Assembly (NCBI GenBank): GCA_951406725.2
Contig: OX597818.1
Location: 72,354,001 to 72,418,000, forward strand
Length of the DNA: 64,000 nt
Reading direction: 5' to 3'
From: Octopus vulgaris
Taxonomy: Eukaryota
Positions 53,495-64,000 of this stretch are shown here, piece after piece. The notes under the pieces are model-generated. The model saw only the letters and a program-made list of their open reading frames with translations. It ran no database searches and had not been told where the DNA came from. A program made the translations under genes and the position numbers. Every line of letters begins with the position of its first letter. Within the stretch, counting starts at the first letter, position 1.

Positions 53495-54255
53495 CTATAT
53501 GTTTCACTTTTATACTTTTACTTCTAATCCTAACCACGACAACGACGTTTGTCAGTGTATTAGTGTGTATATATCTCACAGTGTGTGTCTTTCCCAGTTA
53601 GGTACGTTATTAAATACACTATATGTATGTGAGGGCTGGTTAACCACGACGACGTCACATTTTGTATATGACTGTGTATCTGTCTGTGAATGTGCATGTG
53701 TGAGTGTGTATATGTCTCAGAGTGTCTATGTTTCCGCGTTAGGTACATTATCAAACACACTATACGTCTCACTTTTATACTTTTACTTTTAATTCTATCC
53801 ATGACGGCGACGACGACGATGTCACATTCTATATATGACTGTATATCTGTCTGTAAATGTATGTGTGTTAGTGCATGAGTGTGTATATGTCTTACGGTGT
53901 ATGTGTGTCTTTCCGCGTTAGGTACGTTATTAAATATAATATAGGTATATGAGGGCTGGTCAGTGTCAATACAAAATTTTATTTTCATTTCCATTAAAAC
54001 AATATACCATTTCATAGAGATAATCTTTCTATTTACAGATATGTACTTGCATAGCAAGTGATTTGAACTGAGATCGTGTGCTCGGAAAAGATATATATAT
54101 ATATAATCTTTGACAGAGTAACAGTTATATATACAACTTGAACAAACACATATCAGTACATAAACATACATTTACATGTACATAAACATATACACACACG
54201 CAGACACATCTACACGCTTGCATACGTGAATATTCTCATACATACGTACATAGGC

Positions 54256-54318
<63 letters not shown>

Positions 54319-55173
54319 ATTGGTACATGTATGCATACACACACACATACACATATATAAACACATATATATATCATAAACTAACTGTTACTTTTCCAGA
54401 GGCAGACGATTTCATAGCTAACTGGTCGCGGTTTCAAATCGACGAAAATATTTGACACACATGAAATTTAAATGTTGAAGTGAAAATAACGTATATTGTG
54501 TGTTCTTGAATAGCTTACAAACACCTTCCACGCCACAATCTTTCTATTGAAAACATGACATTTTATACCACGACGATATAGTCGTCAAATTTTGTATATG
54601 ACTGTGTATCTGTCTGTGAGTGCACGTGTGTATATGTATGAGTGTGTATACGTCTCATAGTGAGTAAGTCTTTTCGCGCTAAGTACGTTATTCAACACAC
54701 ACATCTACACATACATATACACATGTAACGGTACGTTATCAATCACACACACACATCCACACATACATATACATGTGACAACTGACGACGATGACATCAC
54801 ATTTTCTATATGACTGTGTATTTGTCTTTGAATGTATGTATGTGAGTGAATGGGTGTGTATATGTCTCACAGTGTGGCTGTTTTTCCGCGTTAGGTAAGT
54901 TATTAAACAATAATACTATAATACGTATAGTATTAAACTATACGTATATTACGGCTGGTCAGTTTCAATACGAAACTTTATTTTCATTTTGATTAGAACA
55001 AGATAACTTCTCATCGAGATACTATTTCTATTGTGAACACGATATTTTATACCACAACGAAACGACGTCTCATTTTTTATATGTATGTATTTGTCTGTGA
55101 GTGCATGTGTGTAAGTGTATGTGAGTGTGAATAAGTCTCAGTGTGTGTGTCTTTCCGCGTTAGATACGTTATT

Positions 55174-55209
<36 letters not shown>

Positions 55210-55510
55210 CTACACATATATGTACATATGTGAAACCTGACATACGTGAATATATGTCTGTGTGTGTTTATCTTACTATATGTATGTGAGGATTGGCCAG
55301 TGTCAATACGAAATTATATTTTCACTTCGAGAAAAACAATATAGCATTTCATAGGGACAATATTTCTGTTGTCAACATGACATTTTCTACCACGACGTCA
55401 ACGTCGAACTTTATATATGACTGTGTAACTGTCTTTGAATGTATGTGTGTTAGTGTATGAGTGTGTATATATCTCATAGTGTGTGTCATTCCGCGGTATT
55501 AAACATACAC
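53495..55510 (+). repeat. diverged tandem array (~125-300-bp units)
   Basis: Unit head (a)ccacgacgacg at ~53532, 53644, 53800, 54567, 54783, 55051, 55389. Confidence 0.8.
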
Positions 55511-55523
55511 ATATCTACACACA

Positions 55524-55612
<89 letters not shown>

Positions 55613-55803
55613 AATGTACGATAAATTTTTTTCGAAAAAAATTTTATCAATGGCCAGCATATTAAAAAATGCCTTTAAAGGTTAAATTTATGAACAATTC
55701 ATAAGTAAGGGCAAACGAAAAAATTTCTAATGCCGAATATGCCGAAAAATTGGACATATTGTCCATTAACCATATAATTTTTCACAATACGCACGCTACT
55801 CGG

Positions 55804-55837
<34 letters not shown>

Positions 55838-55919
55838 GGTTCCGGGTTGAGTCGGGGTTAACCACAGTAAATAAGGTACTCAATGCATAGCAGAGTAACT
55901 TAATTTATTTTATAGAAGG

Positions 55920-55970
55920 AGCTTCTACAGGACTAGAACTGTTTCATTCAAATGAAATCATCAGGAAGCT
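55920..55970 (-). ncRNA. type I hammerhead ribozyme
   Basis: Minus strand agcttc-CTGATGA-tttcatttgaat-GAAA-cag-ttctagtc-ctg-TA-gaagct; AATAAA about 10 nt downstream. Confidence 0.8.
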
Positions 55971-56920
55971 TGCTGTCGAAGTAAGATCTGGCATTTATAC
56001 ATTTAGGCAGATTTAATGGGGTGGTGGTGGGGGACATTTTTTGGGTAAGCAGGGCACAAACTGTCTTTCTTAAGGGAGTGGTCAAAAGAATCAGTGATAA
56101 AGTAAATAAATGAATAAATAGAATAATTGAATAGAGTTTTAGGTAAATTAGAAGAATATCGCTTTTAGTCAGTTTGTTGTTGTTGTTATTAAGTGGAGGG
56201 AAGAAGTAGATAAGTATACGTAAAAGAACATATAAAATAAATATACATACAAACCTACATACATACACATACGAATATCCATATACATACATATACATAT
56301 GCCCATGTATATACATACAGACACACACATACATACATATAAATACACTAGCACATATATATATATATATATACACACACATATATATATACAAATATAT
56401 ACACATACACATACATACACATACACATATATACATACACACATATATACAGATACACATACACATGCATGCAAACACGCAAACACACGCACACATATAT
56501 CTACATATATATATATAAATATACACACCCATACACACACACATATATATATATATTTTTTTTTTTCCTTTCTCTCCTCATCTTCCTCCCTTATTTTATT
56601 TTTATTTTTATTTTCCCTTGACCTTCTTTAAAATCATAAAAGGTATAATATATGACCTACCTACCCGCCGACACACATTTAGTGGGGCTAGAGTAGACAA
56701 ACGCCAAAAGTTCCTAGAACTCCCCAGGGTTCCAGCAGGCCTAAATGAAATCCATCTACCGCTCCCCTCTCCCTTCCTTTCTATCTCTTTACCCGCAGAT
56801 ACAAACGCAAATACTCACACACACACTCACACGCACCCTCATACACATACACAAACACACATGTTCTCTCACTCATTTCCTCCTCATCCACTTATACATA
56901 TGTATATATCTCTCTCTACA

Positions 56921-56968
<48 letters not shown>

Positions 56969-57139
56969 TACATATACACACACAAGTACACATATGCATA
57001 CATACATAAATGTACCCACTTTCACATAAACGTATACATAACTATGTACACACAAACACACATATATAAACGTACTTCAGTACCACCACCCCATTAAATC
57101 TGCCTAAATGTATAAATACCAGATCTTATTTCGACCGCA

Positions 57140-57190
57140 AGCTTCCTGATGATTTCATTTGAATGAAACAGTTCTAGTCCTGTAGAAGCT
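57140..57190 (+). ncRNA. type I hammerhead ribozyme
   Basis: Stem I agcttc/gaagct, core CTGATGA...GAAA, stem III cag/ctg, predicted GUA cleavage after 57184. Confidence 0.8.
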
Positions 57191-57199
57191 CCTTCTATA

Positions 57200-57230
<31 letters not shown>

Positions 57231-57317
57231 TCAACTAACATGCGTGAATGTATGTGAGTATATGCAGGAACATTTTATACCATAACGACGACAACGGAAT
57301 TTATATATATATATATA

Positions 57318-58295
57318 TAAATGGAATTAAAAATAATATTCACGTGGCAAAACGAACACCACTCAAAAATTATGAATGAAACAATGTAATAAAACAACAA
57401 ACATCGTAAATAGACAAATTACCACGAATTCCCTAATTAGAGTGGTGTTCGTTTTGCCACGTGAATATTATTTTTAATTCCATTTATTCCATTTCTCCAT
57501 TCATAATTTTAAAAGGATGTTCGTTTCCAGAGCGGGAATACTTTTTATACATATGTTAAGTTCCTTGGTAACGTAATTTTGTTTGGTGTATATGTTGAGG
57601 CTTATATGTACTTGTGGGTGTGTGTGAGTGGGGTGGGTGTTTGTATTTGTTATGGGTGTGTGGTTTACGTGTGTGTATTTGTGTGTGAATGTATAGGTTA
57701 AAGGGATTGCTATATAAGTATGTTATAGGGTTTAGTAAAGGGAGGTTTTATCATTTATGTTTTTGTGAGTTTTAGTTTATCATGGTAGTTTTATAAAAGA
57801 ATCCATTCATAATTTTTTTTTAAATAATGTTGGTTTACCGCGTGTATATAATTTTTAATTCCATTTATTCTATTTCTCCATTCATAATTTTTTAATTGTT
57901 GATAGGTTTATTTTAGTTTATATATTGTTTATATATTGATTATATATGGATTATATATAGGTTATATATAGATTATATATTTATATTTTTTCATTAATAC
58001 TTTAATTATTTTAAAATTATTATTTTTATATTTTAAAATATTGATATTTTAGATTGGAAGTCCACCTGAAGATTGTCGATCAGGACAAGAAACAATTGTA
58101 GTGGCGGTTTTTTTTACTTTTTATTAAAATTTTATGTATTGATTAAGTCTTTCCTTGTTTGTTTTGCAAAATAGTGGTTTTGTCTCTAATAATATTATAT
58201 AATATTTTACTATAAAATTGGATTTAATCCTAAATCTGATTTTTTCCCTGTAAATTTGGATTTATTCCCTAATATTTATTATATTCCCTAATATT

Positions 58296-58300
<5 letters not shown>
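57318..58300 (+). mobile_element. non-coding Penelope-type terminal element with 5' 47-bp inverted repeat
   Basis: 57318-57364 is the perfect reverse complement of 57440-57486; hammerhead at 58062; ATTAAA downstream; (TA)n flanks. Confidence 0.65.
58062..58104 (+). ncRNA. minimal type I hammerhead ribozyme (palindromic stem III)
   Basis: ccac-CTGAAGA-ttgtc(gatcag)gacaa-GAAA-caattg-TA-gtgg. Confidence 0.85.
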
Positions 58301-58337
<37 letters not shown>

Positions 58338-58463
58338 CACCAGGTGGTGCTATTAAGTTGGACATGGCCTGGGCCAATAATGGCCGAAACCTATCAAAGT
58401 ATCAAAGTATCAAAGTATATATACATATATATATATATATATTTATATATACATATATATATT

Positions 58464-58656
<193 letters not shown>

Positions 58657-58821
58657 GTTGGTTTGTGAAAGCACGTGGGTGAATACATAGAAAAAAGTAA
58701 AGAGTGAAAAAACTACAGAAGGCTTAAATGTAAAAAAAGATATATATTTGCGTCAATATGTCTAAAGAATATTAGAAAATTAAAAAAAAAAGTTTTTTTC
58801 TCTTATAATGACATAATTTAA

Positions 58822-58860
58822 AAGAAAGACCGGTTTCGCGTGTAGCTTTTCAAATTTCTT
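58822..58860 (-). ncRNA. atypical hammerhead-like fold (U3-A8 core)
   Basis: Minus strand aagaaa-t-TTGAAAA-gc(tacac)gc-GAAA-ccgg-TC-tttctt, ~110 bp 3' of the PLE ORF stop. Confidence 0.5.
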
Positions 58861-58969
58861 GTGACGTTATGTTTATGTTGAATAGAGTTATCGTTATGTT
58901 TATGATCAGAAGAGTTCTAAATAAGGGAAGGTAGTGAGGGATTTCTTCCGGTGTAAGGGAGATAATCGC

Positions 58970-59791
58970 TTAAAATTTTTTTCCTTTCCCTTGGTATGAA
59001 TTACTCTGTATCACTATGTTCGGATGGTTGAGTCTGGGCTTGTACTTTTCAATGAAGAATGCTTCCTTGTTTAGTCTAATTTGTGTTGATGATCCGAAGG
59101 CACATTGGTAAAATGGAAAGATTAAAAATTGTGGTAGTAGTTGCTTTGCGCATTTCTCAATGTGCTCACTAAAAGGTATCATGCTATATTCTGGGAATGC
59201 AATCTGTTGTCGATGCAGTGTGCATCTACGTCTGAGTGATAGTCCCGTGGAACCCACGTAGTCTTGGTGGCATCCCGAGCATTTTATGACATAAATTATG
59301 TTTTCAGAGGCACAAGTAAAGTTAGATTTGATCTTGAATTTCTGTCCCTCTTTAAAGAGGAATTCTGATCCTTCTAGCAGGTTAGGACATGTTGCACAGT
59401 TCGATCTACCACATTTTTTTACTTTTGCATCCGTAATTTCAGAAGACAATTTTGCCTTTGTGAGAATCTTTTTAAGTGATTTAGGCTGTTTGTAGCTTTT
59501 AATGATTTGGTGTATGTTTAGAATTTTCTTTAATTTGGGGTTTTTATGAAGTATTGGTAAATTCTGGGTGATGATGGTGAAGGCTTCTTTGTTTCTGGGG
59601 TTGTATGTAGATATGTAAGGTAGTATTTTCGGGGAAGGTGTGTTGTTGTGTTGAACTTTTCTTAAAGTTTCTATGTTGATTTCTGTTGCACGTCTAATCC
59701 CATCCTCTATGAGTTGAGCTGGGTAATGTCTGTCAATTAGGGTGTTTTTAAGTGCTTGCAGTCTAAAGTTCCTGGTATTTTGTTCTGACAC
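58970..59791 (-). CDS. PLE RT-thumb + GIY-YIG endonuclease segment (partial)
   Basis: 273-aa open frame with Cys linker and GIY-YIG motifs; the upstream part is frameshifted. Confidence 0.75.
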   Translation of the reverse strand: MSEQNTRNFRLQALKNTLIDRHYPAQLIEDGIRRATEINIETLRKVQHNNTPSPKILPYISTYNPRNKEAFTIITQNLPILHKNPKLKKILNIHQIIKSYKQPKSLKKILTKAKLSSEITDAKVKKCGRSNCATCPNLLEGSEFLFKEGQKFKIKSNFTCASENIIYVIKCSGCHQDYVGSTGLSLRRRCTLHRQQIAFPEYSMIPFSEHIEKCAKQLLPQFLIFPFYQCAFGSSTQIRLNKEAFFIEKYKPRLNHPNIVIQSNSYQGKGKKF

Positions 59792-60058
59792 TATTGTGCA
59801 TATCCTTCTTGCAAGGTTGAAGGGGATGTTTGTTTTAGTGTGTCTTGGGTGGCATGAATTAAGAAGAAGGTATAGTTTGGCGTCTATGGCTTTGTAAAAA
59901 TGTCTGTTTCTATTTTAAGGTTAATTTTTTAATTAGTATATCCAAGAACGGGAGCTCCTTTTGGTTGTATTCCATTGTGAACTGTATATTTGGGTTTATG
60001 CTATTCTATAGGTTTTTAAATTTTAGGATTTTATCTGTGTTTTCATTCCAGAGAATAA

Positions 60059-60117
<59 letters not shown>

Positions 60118-60119
<2 letters not shown>

Positions 60120-60540
60120 ATATAAAACATATATATCTATATATATATCTATATAAAACATATATATCTATATATATATATGTATATATATATATAATCT
60201 ATATATATATATCTATATAAAACATATATATCTATATATATATCTATATAAAACATATATATATATATATATCTATATAAAACATATATATCTATATATA
60301 TATCTATATAAAACATATATATCTATATATATATCTATATAAAACATATATATCTATATATATATCTATATAAAACATATATATCTATATATATATCTAT
60401 ATAAAACATATATATCTATATATATCTATATAAAACATATATATCTATATATATATCTATATAAAACATATATATCTATATATATATCTATATAAAACAT
60501 ATATATATGTATATATATCTATATAAAACATATATATCTA
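60118..60540. repeat. ~29-31-bp minisatellite (ctatataaaacatatatatctatatatatat)n
   Basis: About a dozen units, seen directly. Confidence 0.9.
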
Positions 60541-60665
60541 TATCTATATATATATATATATCTATATATATCTATATCTATATCCATATATATATATCTA
60601 TATATATCTATATCTATCTATATCTATATCCATATATATATATCTATATATATCTATATCTATAT

Positions 60666-60713
<48 letters not shown>

Positions 60714-60844
60714 ATATATCTCTATATATATCTATATATCTATATAACGGGAAGCTTTATGAAAATAGACAAAAGACGAAGGCAGGTGGAAACAAACGAA
60801 CAAATGTATTAGTATGGCGCTCAGGAAACATAAATAAAACAAGT

Positions 60845-60880
60845 CTTTAACGTTTCGAGCCTACGCTCTTCAACAGAAAG
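60845..60880 (-). ncRNA. atypical minimal hammerhead-like fold (CUGUUGAA core)
   Basis: Minus strand cttt-CTGTTGAA-gagc(gtag)gctc-GAAA-cg-TT-aaag. Confidence 0.5.
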
Positions 60881-61377
60881 ATACACACAGAGAAAAAAAA
60901 CACAGAAAGAAGGAGAGAAAAAAAATGCGTGCAGTAGCTAACGAATCAACATGGCGTCTGATTTCGGCCAGAGGTCAAAGATCAAACATGAGACGCGAGA
61001 GCGAAATAAGGGGAGATAATAGGGTTGATAATAGGGTTGATAATAAAGTTGAAGGACCAGCTAATAGTGCGTAGGAGGGGTCTGGACGTGTGTATGTATA
61101 GGGTTGGTGTATGTATTAGTATGTATAAGGGTGTGTGTGTCTGTGTGTGTGTGTATGAGAGAGTATTAGTGCGTAGGATTGGTCTGGACGTGCGTATGTA
61201 TGGGGTTGGTGTATGTATTTGTATGTATTAGTATGTATTAGTACGTATTAGTATGTATAAGTGTGTGTGTGTGTGTATGAGAGTATAAGTGCGTATGCGG
61301 GGTCTGGACGTGTGTATGTATAGGGTTGGTGTATGTATTAGTATGTATTAGTATGTATTAGTACGTATTAGTATGTA

Positions 61378-63081
61378 TTAGTTGGAGTATGTATTAGTAT
61401 GGCACATCATATATGATGTGATGTGTAAAGTCGTGTGGTGTAGTGAGGAGAAGAGGGGGAGGGGGAGAAGACGGGGGAGAGAAGGGGAGGGGAAGAAGAG
61501 GGGTAGGAGAGGGGGAAAAGGAGAGGAGGGGGAGAAGGAAGGGGAGGAGGGGGGAAAGAGGGAGAGGGGGGAGAGAAGGGGAGTGAGGGAGTGAGGGAGC
61601 AGAGGGAAGGGGAAGAGGGAGGGAGAAAGAGGGAAGAAGGGAAGGGGAGTAGGGGTGAAAGGATGAAGGACTGAAGAAGTAGGGGCCGGGGGGAAAAGAT
61701 AGGTGAGGAGGGGGAGAGGGGGGGTTAGATGAGGAGGGGGGGGGGGAGAGTTGAGACCAAATGGCGTATAAGAGCGAAGAGAGAAGATTAATTCCTGTTC
61801 ACGGCACAAACGGGAATCCGGATGGCCTCTGTGTAAGGACAAACCGAACACAGATAGGTGTTGCAAGGAGTGACCGGTGGAGCGGAAATGGCGTGAGACC
61901 GGTGTGTCGTTCGCAAGGTGGATGTCACGAAGGTGTTCCGCGAACCGGTCAGCCAAGCGGCGTCCCGTTTGTCCGATGTACAAGGAATTGCAGAGAGAGC
62001 AAGAGATGCAATAGATAATATTGCTGGAGGTGCAGGTGAAGGAGTGGATGATGGGATAGGGTCGATGGTGGGTGCTAGTGAGGCGGGTGGTGTTGGAGAG
62101 GTAAGGGCAAGTGCGGGAACGTGGGCGGGAGCAGGGGAACGAGCCGGGTTGGGAGGTAGGGTCAGGGAAGGAGCTATGGACCAAAAGGTCTTGAAGGTTG
62201 TGGGCTCGTTTGAAAGAGGGGAGGGGTCGGTTAGGGAAGAGGTGTGAAGTGGACGGGTCGGACTGGAGATGACGGAAAGCTCGAAGAATGGTGCGTTGGA
62301 GACGTAGGGTCTTGGGGTGGTAAGTGAGGGGAAAAGGGAGGCGGGAGACTACAGGGCGGGTTCGGGGAGAGAGAGCAGATACACGGTCCACGGACCGTGC
62401 TCTGGCAAGGGCGGTGTGGATAGTGGTGAGGGGGTATCCACGTAGGGTGAAGTGGTGAGCCATACGTTGAGACTGAGTCTCAAAGTCATGGTCGTCACTA
62501 CAGAGCCTACGTAGACGGAGGAATTGGGAATAGGGGATGGAAAGCTTGGTGTGTTCTGGGTGGGAGGAAGAGAAGTTGAGGTATGAGTGTGAGTCTGTGT
62601 GTTTGTAGTGAATGGAGGTGGTAAGGGTGGAGTGAAGAATGCTAACCGAAATGTCGAGGAAGGAGACAGAGGTGTTGGAGATAGTGGAAGTGAAGTGGAG
62701 GGCTGGATGGAAAGATTGGACGAAAGAGAGGAAAGAATCTAGATGTTCGCGGGAGAGTGAGGTGGCACCGATAATGTCGTCAATGTAACGACCATATAGT
62801 TCAGGAGTGGGACCAGTGAAATTAGAGAATATTTGGGCCTCAACATAGCCAACGAACAGGTTCGCATAGTTGGGGCCCATTCGCGTTCCCATGGCCACTC
62901 CCGAGTACTGATGGTAGAACTCGCCCGCGAACGAGAAGCAGTTCAGAGTAAGGACAAGTTCGGCCAGACGAATGAGTGTGGAGGTGTCAGGTACAGGGTT
63001 AGAGCGGAGGTCAAGAAAGTGTCGAAGGGCCTGCAGTCCTTCGTGGTGAGGGATAACAGTATAGAGGCTTTGGATGTCCAT
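61378..63081 (-). CDS. PLE reverse transcriptase (from motif 3) + GIY-YIG endonuclease, N-terminally truncated
   Basis: MDIQSLYT, QYSGVAMGTRMGPNYANLFVG, RYIDD, FLD, YLNFSSSHP, CSRPRSRTCP, NIIYCISC..C..LYIGQTGR...RFAEH, PFGLN; no stop in 567 codons. Confidence 0.88.
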   Translation of the reverse strand: MDIQSLYTVIPHHEGLQALRHFLDLRSNPVPDTSTLIRLAELVLTLNCFSFAGEFYHQYSGVAMGTRMGPNYANLFVGYVEAQIFSNFTGPTPELYGRYIDDIIGATSLSREHLDSFLSFVQSFHPALHFTSTISNTSVSFLDISVSILHSTLTTSIHYKHTDSHSYLNFSSSHPEHTKLSIPYSQFLRLRRLCSDDHDFETQSQRMAHHFTLRGYPLTTIHTALARARSVDRVSALSPRTRPVVSRLPFPLTYHPKTLRLQRTILRAFRHLQSDPSTSHLFPNRPLPSFKRAHNLQDLLVHSSFPDPTSQPGSFPCSRPRSRTCPYLSNTTRLTSTHHRPYPIIHSFTCTSSNIIYCISCSLCNSLYIGQTGRRLADRFAEHLRDIHLANDTPVSRHFRSTGHSLQHLSVFGLSLHRGHPDSRLCREQELIFSLRSYTPFGLNSPPPPPHLTPPLPLLTYLFPPAPTSSVLHPFTPTPLPFFPLSPSLFPFPLLPHSLTPLLSPLSLFPPSSPSFSPSSPFPPLLPLFFPSPSLPRLLPLPLFSSLHHTTLHITSYMMCHTNTYSN

Positions 63082-63182
63082 AGTAAAAAGGATTTTGGAG
63101 GAGCCGGGAGGAAAGGAGAAAGAGTTGAAAAGCCGGAGAGCATGGTTGGTAGAGCATATATATATATTTATACCAATTTAAT

Positions 63183-63210
63183 CTCGAGCAACGTCGGGTA
63201 TCTTTGCTGG
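63183..63210 (+). mobile_element. Helitron 3' terminus (hairpin + CTRR|T)
   Basis: ctcga-gcaacg-tcggg hairpin, 8-nt spacer, CTGG followed by T. Confidence 0.6.
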
Positions 63211-63457
63211 TAATATAATATAATATGATAATTAATAAATGTTAAATACAAATAACATACAATTGTTGCGTTTCTTACACATAATAAAATTATAAAAATC
63301 CATGTTTGTGGGTAAGAATTTCTTCAGTGTAATGTTTCATATATGAAAATTTACAGATCCAAGAAAAGACTAATTTAAATGTTTATGTTTTCAAGCTTGA
63401 GCGTAAATAATTAAAAACAATAACAAAGATAAAAATAAAATAAAATAGGAAAAATAA

Positions 63458-64000
63458 TCTATATATATAAAACTCAACTTGTGTGTCTGTGTGTGTATCT
63501 GTGTGTGTGTCTGTGTGTGTGTTTGTGTGTTTAACTTCCCGGCACATCTCCTCCTAGCCAACAAATCGTAGAACCAACAAAAATGGGTCACTTAAAGTTT
63601 AGGCGAATGAAAATTGAACTGCACTATTTCACTAGTTCCCAAATTCATCTCGCAAGTGCAAAAATCGATAATGTGTTTGTTTAGGCTTTATCCCATGCAT
63701 TGAATAGTGAACTTTACTCAGTCAGCTGTTTGACGTGAACTGTGTTCACCACGCGTGCAAGCATGCGTAAATTGCATGAAAAATAAAAAATCAAGATATA
63801 AAAACGAATCGCCGTAAACATTGTAGAAATTCGGCCTAGAAATGAATTTTCGGGATGTAGCCTGGAGGTTTTTTTCGTATTAATCGTTTGGACTTTGTGA
63901 ACACATACCAATTATCTATATATATAAAGCTGAAGTTGTTTGTGTATGGCAGGTTTGGTAGCCGTCAACCAACACTATCTCCTCCGAGACCCTGCGGCGC
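63458..64000 (+). mobile_element. two nested Helitron-like 5' ends (TC at 63458 and 63915)
   Basis: A|TCtatatatataaa followed by TG-rich sequence at both sites; 3' ends lie outside the window. Confidence 0.5.

Larger units (their letters stand above)
55836..57203. mobile_element. Penelope-derived element with inverted 122-bp terminal arms (55907-56028 / 57082-57203)
   Basis: Arms are reverse complements with 3 mismatches and each holds a hammerhead. The internal plus-strand remnant PAGLN (~56730) resembles a PLE ORF end; (TA)n on both sides. Confidence 0.75.
52145..57300 (+). mobile_element. non-autonomous Helitron-like element body with internal repeat array (interrupted)
   Basis: Starts A|TCtctatatat. 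Units accacgacgacgtcacattttgtatatgactgtg...ttccgcgttaggtacgttatt recur from ~52400 to ~55500, with a partial unit at ~57270. Confidence 0.5.
60746..63155 (-). mobile_element. 5'-truncated, apparently young Penelope-like element
   Basis: Long RT + GIY-YIG frame, C/T-rich sense strand, 3' region with ~110-bp and 10-bp tandem repeats (~61065-61400), hammerhead-like fold; (TA)n flanks. Confidence 0.92.

Noticed and set aside
53495-55510. CRISPR-like repeat-spacer array
   Set aside because: Eukaryotic context, the inter-repeat sequences are homologous to each other, and there are no cas genes.

Overview
This is a repeat-saturated, AT-rich animal genomic window. The SINE families and microsatellite load suggest an octopus or other coleoid cephalopod; that assignment is an inference. 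No complete host gene can be supported, and most listed ORFs are microsatellite artefacts. The real coding content is transposon-derived. It includes about eleven R4/Dong-type non-LTR retrotransposon copies (RT, CCHC, restriction-like endonuclease), many stacked head-to-tail in (TAA)n tracts (14.8-24.8 kb plus strand, 41.7-50.0 kb minus strand), and one nearly complete CR1-type LINE (33.6-37.4 kb). There are also several Penelope-like elements (PLEs; RT + GIY-YIG), mostly in (TA)n tracts, plus mariner, hAT and RTE remnants, non-autonomous Helitron-like elements and two tRNA-SINE families. The most notable observations are four. (1) A ~540-bp non-coding, structured element with a defined 5' end is present three times in (TAA)n, oriented like the Dong elements; it is a candidate non-autonomous Dong/R4 partner. 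(2) Six type I hammerhead-ribozyme folds sit in PLE-type termini, including an inverted pair and two atypical 8-nt cores. (3) An ~11-kb Helitron-like container hosts a hAT and several PLE insertions. (4) A ~290-bp duplication may copy a micro-exon of a tentative minus-strand host gene. All calls were made by eye; no searches or folding programs were run, and boundaries of degraded elements are approximate.
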